Of a DNA stretch of 64,000 nucleotides, positions 59,465-64,000 are shown piece after piece; positions within the stretch are counted from its first letter, which is position 1; every line of letters begins with the position of its first letter. A model generated the notes under the pieces. The model was given only the letters and a program-made list of their open reading frames with translations. It did not search any database and had not been told where the DNA came from. A program made the position numbers and the translations under genes. Origin of the DNA: Prorocentrum cordatum (Eukaryota); the NCBI GenBank assembly GCA_963575745.1, contig CAUYUJ010000226.1, positions 186,001 to 250,000 of the forward strand. The letters run 5' to 3'.

Positions 59465-59628
59465 TGATGGGCCTGTTTTCCACCACCACCACCACCATAA
59501 GTTGGAGGGGGAGGAGGAGGAGGAGGAGGAGGAGGAGGAGGAGGAGGAGGAGGAGGAGGAGGAGGAGGAGGAGGAGGACCCCCTCCCCGACCAACTTATG
59601 GTGGTGGTGGTGGAAAACAAGCCCATCA
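59465..59628. mobile_element. Family E MITE with a (GAG)n core (TGA…TCA)
   Basis: TIR tgatgggcctgttttccaccaccaccacc…ataagttgg / ccaacttatggtggtggtggtggaaaacaagcccatca; TSD catgc/catgc. Confidence 0.88.
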
Positions 59629-60422
59629 CATGCGTGTAATGGATCGTGCATCTCCGCGGCGGGCCCGGGCCCTCTGCGAGTAGTGACTCCGCGAGGCGTG
59701 GAGCGCGCCTGTCCAGCGTCCCCGTGCGGAAGGCCCGTTGCTTACCGGCCTCGAATTTATCCCTACCCCTGAGATGGACACGCCAAAAGGCGATGACAAT
59801 CTTAGGGATGCACCCTCAGAAAATGACATCGTGATCGTGACGAGGCGACGCCCGGCACAGGGATGGCAGTCTTAGGGATGTCGGGGATCGCCTTTTGGCG
59901 TGCCCGACGATTGTCAATCCGACGATGCCCGAGATTCACCCGACGATGCCCGAGATTCATGCCCTAAGATTGTCGGGGAGGGATGACACCCGACGACGTC
60001 GGGGAGGGATGACACCCGACGATGCCCGACGAGGGATGACAATCTTAGGGATGTCGAGGATCGCCACCGTGACGAGGCGATGCCCGACATAGGGATAGGG
60101 ACAGGTTCCAGGCTGGCAAGTCGCTTGCCGCCGCGCGTGCGCGTTGCGCAGGGGGAATAGGCCTCCCAGATGGGATCCGAGTGGGACCCCAGCTCCTCCT
60201 CCCCCTCCTCGTCCTCCTCCTCCTCCTTCTCCTCCTCTTCCTCCTCCTCCTCCTCCTCCTCCTCCTCCTCCCCCTCCTCCTCCTCCTCCTCCTCCTCCTC
60301 CTCCTCCTCCCCTCTGGGGGCTCCCCGCTCTCCGTTGCGGCCGCCGGTGGTGGGCCAGCGCCTGTACCACATGTCCGACTTCCGCGTGCCGCGGCCGCGG
60401 CGCAGGCCCCCCCCCCAGCCTA

Positions 60423-60963
60423 TCGAGTAGGGGAGCGACTGCAGAATCGATGTCCTCCAGATTTGGTTCGATGGGCCTCTTTTACTCTCGGGTCGGGCGA
60501 AAGGGGGGGTTTGGGAAAGGGGGGGTTACGAAATCGAAAGGGGGGGTTTGGGAAAGGGGGGGTTACGAAATCTGCGCATGCAGCTGGTTTCGGCCCCGCC
60601 GAGGGGCCCATTCCTCGATGCATGGGCGCCTCCCGGCGCCGGGAGGCGCCGGGAAAATCAGCTACGTGAGCTGATTCTCAAACCCCCCCTTTGCTATCCC
60701 CCCCTTTCGCCCGACCCGATACTCCAGGAGGAGGAGGAGGAGGAGGAGGAGGAGGAGGAGGAGGAGGAGGAGGACCCCCTCCCCCTCCAACTCATGGCGG
60801 CGGTGGTGGAAAACCGGCCCATCATGGTCTTCCCGCCGAATTTTTGCCGGAGTCGCGTGGGATGTTCGTAGATCTGTTGGGCGTGGTACGTATATTTTTC
60901 CTTGGACTCGGCGGGAGAATCGAGTCTGGGGTAAATCGATTCTGCAGTCGATCCCCTACTCGA
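60423..60963. mobile_element. Family F MITE (TIR TCGAGTAGGGGA-CGACTGCAGAATCGAT) containing nested E and D copies
   Basis: ~29-bp TIRs; agcct on both sides (left copy offset by 1 nt); E copy at 60469-60824 inside. Confidence 0.8.
60488..60719. mobile_element. Family D MITE (nested)
   Basis: Same TIR, with an internal tandem duplication of the left subterminal region; TSD tactc/tactc. Confidence 0.9.
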
Positions 60964-61748
60964 AGCCTGCAACATATCGCCATTGGGGTTTTCACCGTTT
61001 TCGAGCTCTTGGGGCCCTGCAAGGGCCCCCGAACTATCAGAAAACTCAGGATGAGAACCTCCTCCTGGGGGAATGCCCCCGGAGCCAGGACCCGTTCCCT
61101 TCAGGACCCGTGTTCCCCATGCGAAAGGTTCCCCGCCTGGAACAGATCCTTGACCCCGTGAGTGGCACCTCCTTATCTCGGTGCCGAAGTCATGGAGCCC
61201 CTCAGCATCGGGGGACACATCCCCAGGTTTTTTTCTTCGCTCCGGGGGAGAGCAAGCTGCATATACACTGACCCCACTCCCTGGCGCGCGGAGCGCGCCA
61301 GAGGTGGCACTGGAGGCGCCGCCAGGAGGATCCAGCGCAGACCCAAGGTGTCCGCGCGGAGCGCCGAACGTGTGTGTTTATCCAGTCATTCCTCCGTCCT
61401 CTATCGTCGTCGCTTTGGGCCTGTCGACCTCGGGGGATAAGGGGTACGTTCGAGGCCGGGAGGAGGAGGAGGAGGAGGAGGAGGAGGAGGAGGAGGACGA
61501 CGACGACGACGACGAGGACGAGGAGCAGGAGGAGGAGGAGGAGGAGGAGGAGGAGGAGGAGAGGAGGGAGGAGGAGGCGGAGGAGAGGAGGAGGAGGAGG
61601 AGGAGGAGGAGAGGAGGAGGAGGAGGAGGGGGGAGGAGGTGAGGGGAGGAGGGAGGAGGAGGGAGGGAGGGAGGGAAGGACGAGGAGGAGGACGAGGAGG
61701 AGGAGGAGGAGGAGGAGGAGGAGGAGGAGGAGGAGGCCCGGCCCGCAG

Positions 61749-61853
61749 GGCCGTGAACTTCCGCGTGGCGGTGGCCCCCGAGGGCCTGCGCGTGGCCTGG
61801 GGGCCCTGGTCGCCCGACAGCTGCCTGAACCGCTGGCGCGCGCGGCGCTGCAG
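61749..61853 (+). CDS. Candidate exon (AVNFRVAVAPEGLRVAWGPWSPDSCLNRWRARRC)
   Basis: ccgcag|G acceptor and CAG|gc donor; lies between (GAG)n and (CCT)n tracts. An upstream island at ~60344-60399 (PVVGQRLYHMSDFRVPRP) ends in a compatible phase. Confidence 0.45.
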
Positions 61854-62458
61854 GCGCGGCCGGGGCGCCGGCGGGGAGGATCGGGGGGCCCTCCTCCCTC
61901 CTCCTCCCTCCTCCTCCTCCTCCTCCTCCTCCTCCTCCTCCTCCTCCTCCTCCCTCCTCCCCCTCCCCCCCTCCTCCTCCTCCTCCTCCTCCTCCTCCTC
62001 CTCCTCCTCCTCCTCCTCCTCTCCTCCTCTCCTCCTCCTCCGGGCAGCTCCTCGGGGCCTCCACGGCGGGCCGAGAGGGCCCCAGAACGCGCCCGAGAGG
62101 GCCCCCAGAAAGCGCATCGCGAGGGTCCCCGGAGGCCTCCACGCCGGGCCAAGAGGGTCCCCCAGAAAGCGCCCGCGAGGGTCCCCAGAGGCCTCCGGGA
62201 CGGGCCGAGAGCGCTCTCCAAGGCGCCCAATTAAGGTGGTCCCAAGGCGGCCCGAGAGGCCCCCAGGAAGCCCCCGAGACCGCTCCGAGAGGACGCCCTA
62301 GGAGCGTGCCTCTCCGCCGGCGGACCCCTCGCCGCTGGACTTCTGCTGCGGCGTCCGCTGGACGTCCGCCGGCCTCCGCCCCGAAGGCGGAATTTGCCGA
62401 GGGGGGGTCAGTGCGAGTGCGGTAAGCTCGCGCGGCGTCGGCGCGCGCAAGGGTGTTT

Positions 62459-62620
62459 TCAGGAGAGGAAAAAACACACAGACACAATTAATCCTCGATT
62501 CCCCAGAAAATATGGGAAAATAGGGGCAGTGGGGGGGAGACAGAAACCCAGAAAATATGGGAAAATATGGGGAATCTTTTTATTTGTGTGAATTTATTTG
62601 TGTGTTCCAGTTCCCCTTCA
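62459..62620 (+). mobile_element. Family A short element
   Basis: 12-bp duplication gcaagggtgttt on both sides. Confidence 0.85.
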
Positions 62621-63015
62621 GCAAGGGTGTTTGACGCCGCGCCGATCGCTCCATCGGGAGCCGATCGCGGCCCCGATCGTTCAAGGCTGAATCCGGTGGG
62701 GCCCAGCGGCGTTACCGTGTCCATCGGTGCTTCGCGTCGCAGAATTCAACCTTGAGCGCTGTCGCTGGGGACGCAAGCGCGCCAACGCCGCACGAACCTA
62801 CCGTCCCGTAGATGAGGTCGGAGGATCGCGCCGCATCGCCGGTGCATCGCCGATGCATCGGCGACGCCGGTGGGGAGGACAGGTGGAGAATAGCCACAGA
62901 TCCCCCCCATTCCCCCCCCCCTCGCCAAAGCGGGAGGAGCACGAGCAGAGGAGGAGGGGGGAGAGGGAGGAAGAGGAGGGCTGAGGCGGGCCTGCACGCA
63001 TGTCCGCCTCCCAAG

Positions 63016-63054
63016 GAGCTCATCTACCCGGGCAGGTACGACCTGGCGGCCTGA
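63016..63054 (+). CDS. Candidate terminal exon (ELIYPGRYDLAA*)
   Basis: ccaag|GAG acceptor; GC3-biased codons ending in TGA. Confidence 0.35.
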   Translation, partial: ELIYPGRYDLAA

Positions 63055-63688
63055 GTGCCCGCCGCCGCCGCCGAACCCGAGGAGGGCGAGCGGAGACGGC
63101 GGCAGTTGTCCCTACGGGCTTGACGATGGTTCGCCGATCGACCTGTGGGGATCGAGCCACACACACCAAAGGAAATGCAGATAAACGGAGGCAGCTCGTG
63201 GCAAGTCGTGGCGCACCCAAGCGAATCCAGAGACCTCCCAGGGCTTTTTGGGGGGGCAAAGTGTGTCCGATTCAGCGCGAGTCGAGGGGAAGGCATGGAA
63301 GCGCCGAGCCCTTCGCGAAGTTGGCCATCGGGGGGGGAGGGCCGCGGCGCCACGGCCGGGCGCCGCGCAGCGAACCGGCGCGGCTTGACCCTGGGAGGGC
63401 TCCCAGGGCCGCCCTTCGGCTGCCGCTGGCCGGAGATACAGGCCTCCCGGATGGGGTCGTTCGGATGCAATTCCCGGGAGGTCAAATCCTGACTTTCCCC
63501 TGGTCCGAAATCACTGGCATAATCCGGCTTCGTCCCGCTCAATCCGGCTGAATCCTGCTTAATCCAGCTTAGTCCCGGTCAATCCACGGCCTGACCACCC
63601 TGCGTAGTAGCCCCCCAGTGGGGCTCAATTCTCCTTCATCCTTCCGACGAAGACCTCCCAGTAGTTGCCTCCTAAGGGTGGGAGCAGA

Positions 63689-63857
63689 TCACCACCCCCC
63701 AAACCACCCCAACCCAACCCGAAGGCCCCGATGTGCCTTCCATTTCCAGTGTTGGGGGGGGGGCGGGGGACACTGAAAAAACACATATGAAGCTCCAACC
63801 CCCCCAACCCGAAATTCGGGTCTAATTCGGGCCTTCGGGTTGGGTTGGGGTGGTCTT
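63689..63857 (+). mobile_element. Family C MITE, right end truncated
   Basis: Same subterminal IRs and core; lacks the terminal …agtca. Confidence 0.7.
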
Positions 63858-64000
63858 GTAGATGGGGTCGGAGTAGATGGGGTCGGCGGATCGCCCCGCA
63901 TCGCCGATGCATCGCCGATGCGGCTCGACGTGGAGCCCGATTTTCTCCACGCCGACGTCTCCGATACCTCGCCAGCGTCGCCGATGCATCGGCGATGCGG

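Noticed and set aside
59760..60101. Possible TC…GA element (tccctacccct…agggataggga) with gatgacaatcttagggatg subrepeats
   Set aside because: The terminal match is short and there is no TSD (attta vs caggt), so it was not counted in the 5-bp group.

Overview
GC-rich, repeat-saturated eukaryotic genomic DNA. A dinoflagellate (Prorocentrum-like) origin is inferred from the repeat landscape, the GC/GA-type splice donors and the style of the retroelement proteins; it is not proven. The main feature is an apparently full-length ~10.7-kb tyrosine-recombinase (YR) retrotransposon at 9653-20320 (+) with Ngaro/PAT-type split direct repeats (A1...B1-A2-B2). It encodes a small membrane-protein-like ORF0, a gag-like ORF1, a reverse transcriptase and, after a -1 frame break, one long ORF that joins RNase H, an HPD-containing DnaJ (J) domain, a possible dsRBD-like domain and the YR. 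A 50-bp, potentially structured sequence occurs twice inside the element in different reading frames. The rest of the window holds many ~150-230-bp non-autonomous elements. At least six unrelated families share TC/TG...GA/CA ends and 5-bp target-site duplications (TSDs); some copies have 12-40-bp duplications instead, and one site is nested three deep. Also present are a TA/CA-TSD MITE family, an 8-bp-TSD MITE, a 1.3-kb foldback element, satellites and long microsatellites. Short coding-like islands with largely phase-compatible splice sites suggest a fragmented host gene on the + strand (~24.4-63.1 kb). Most ORFs in the supplied track are artefacts of GC content and simple repeats.
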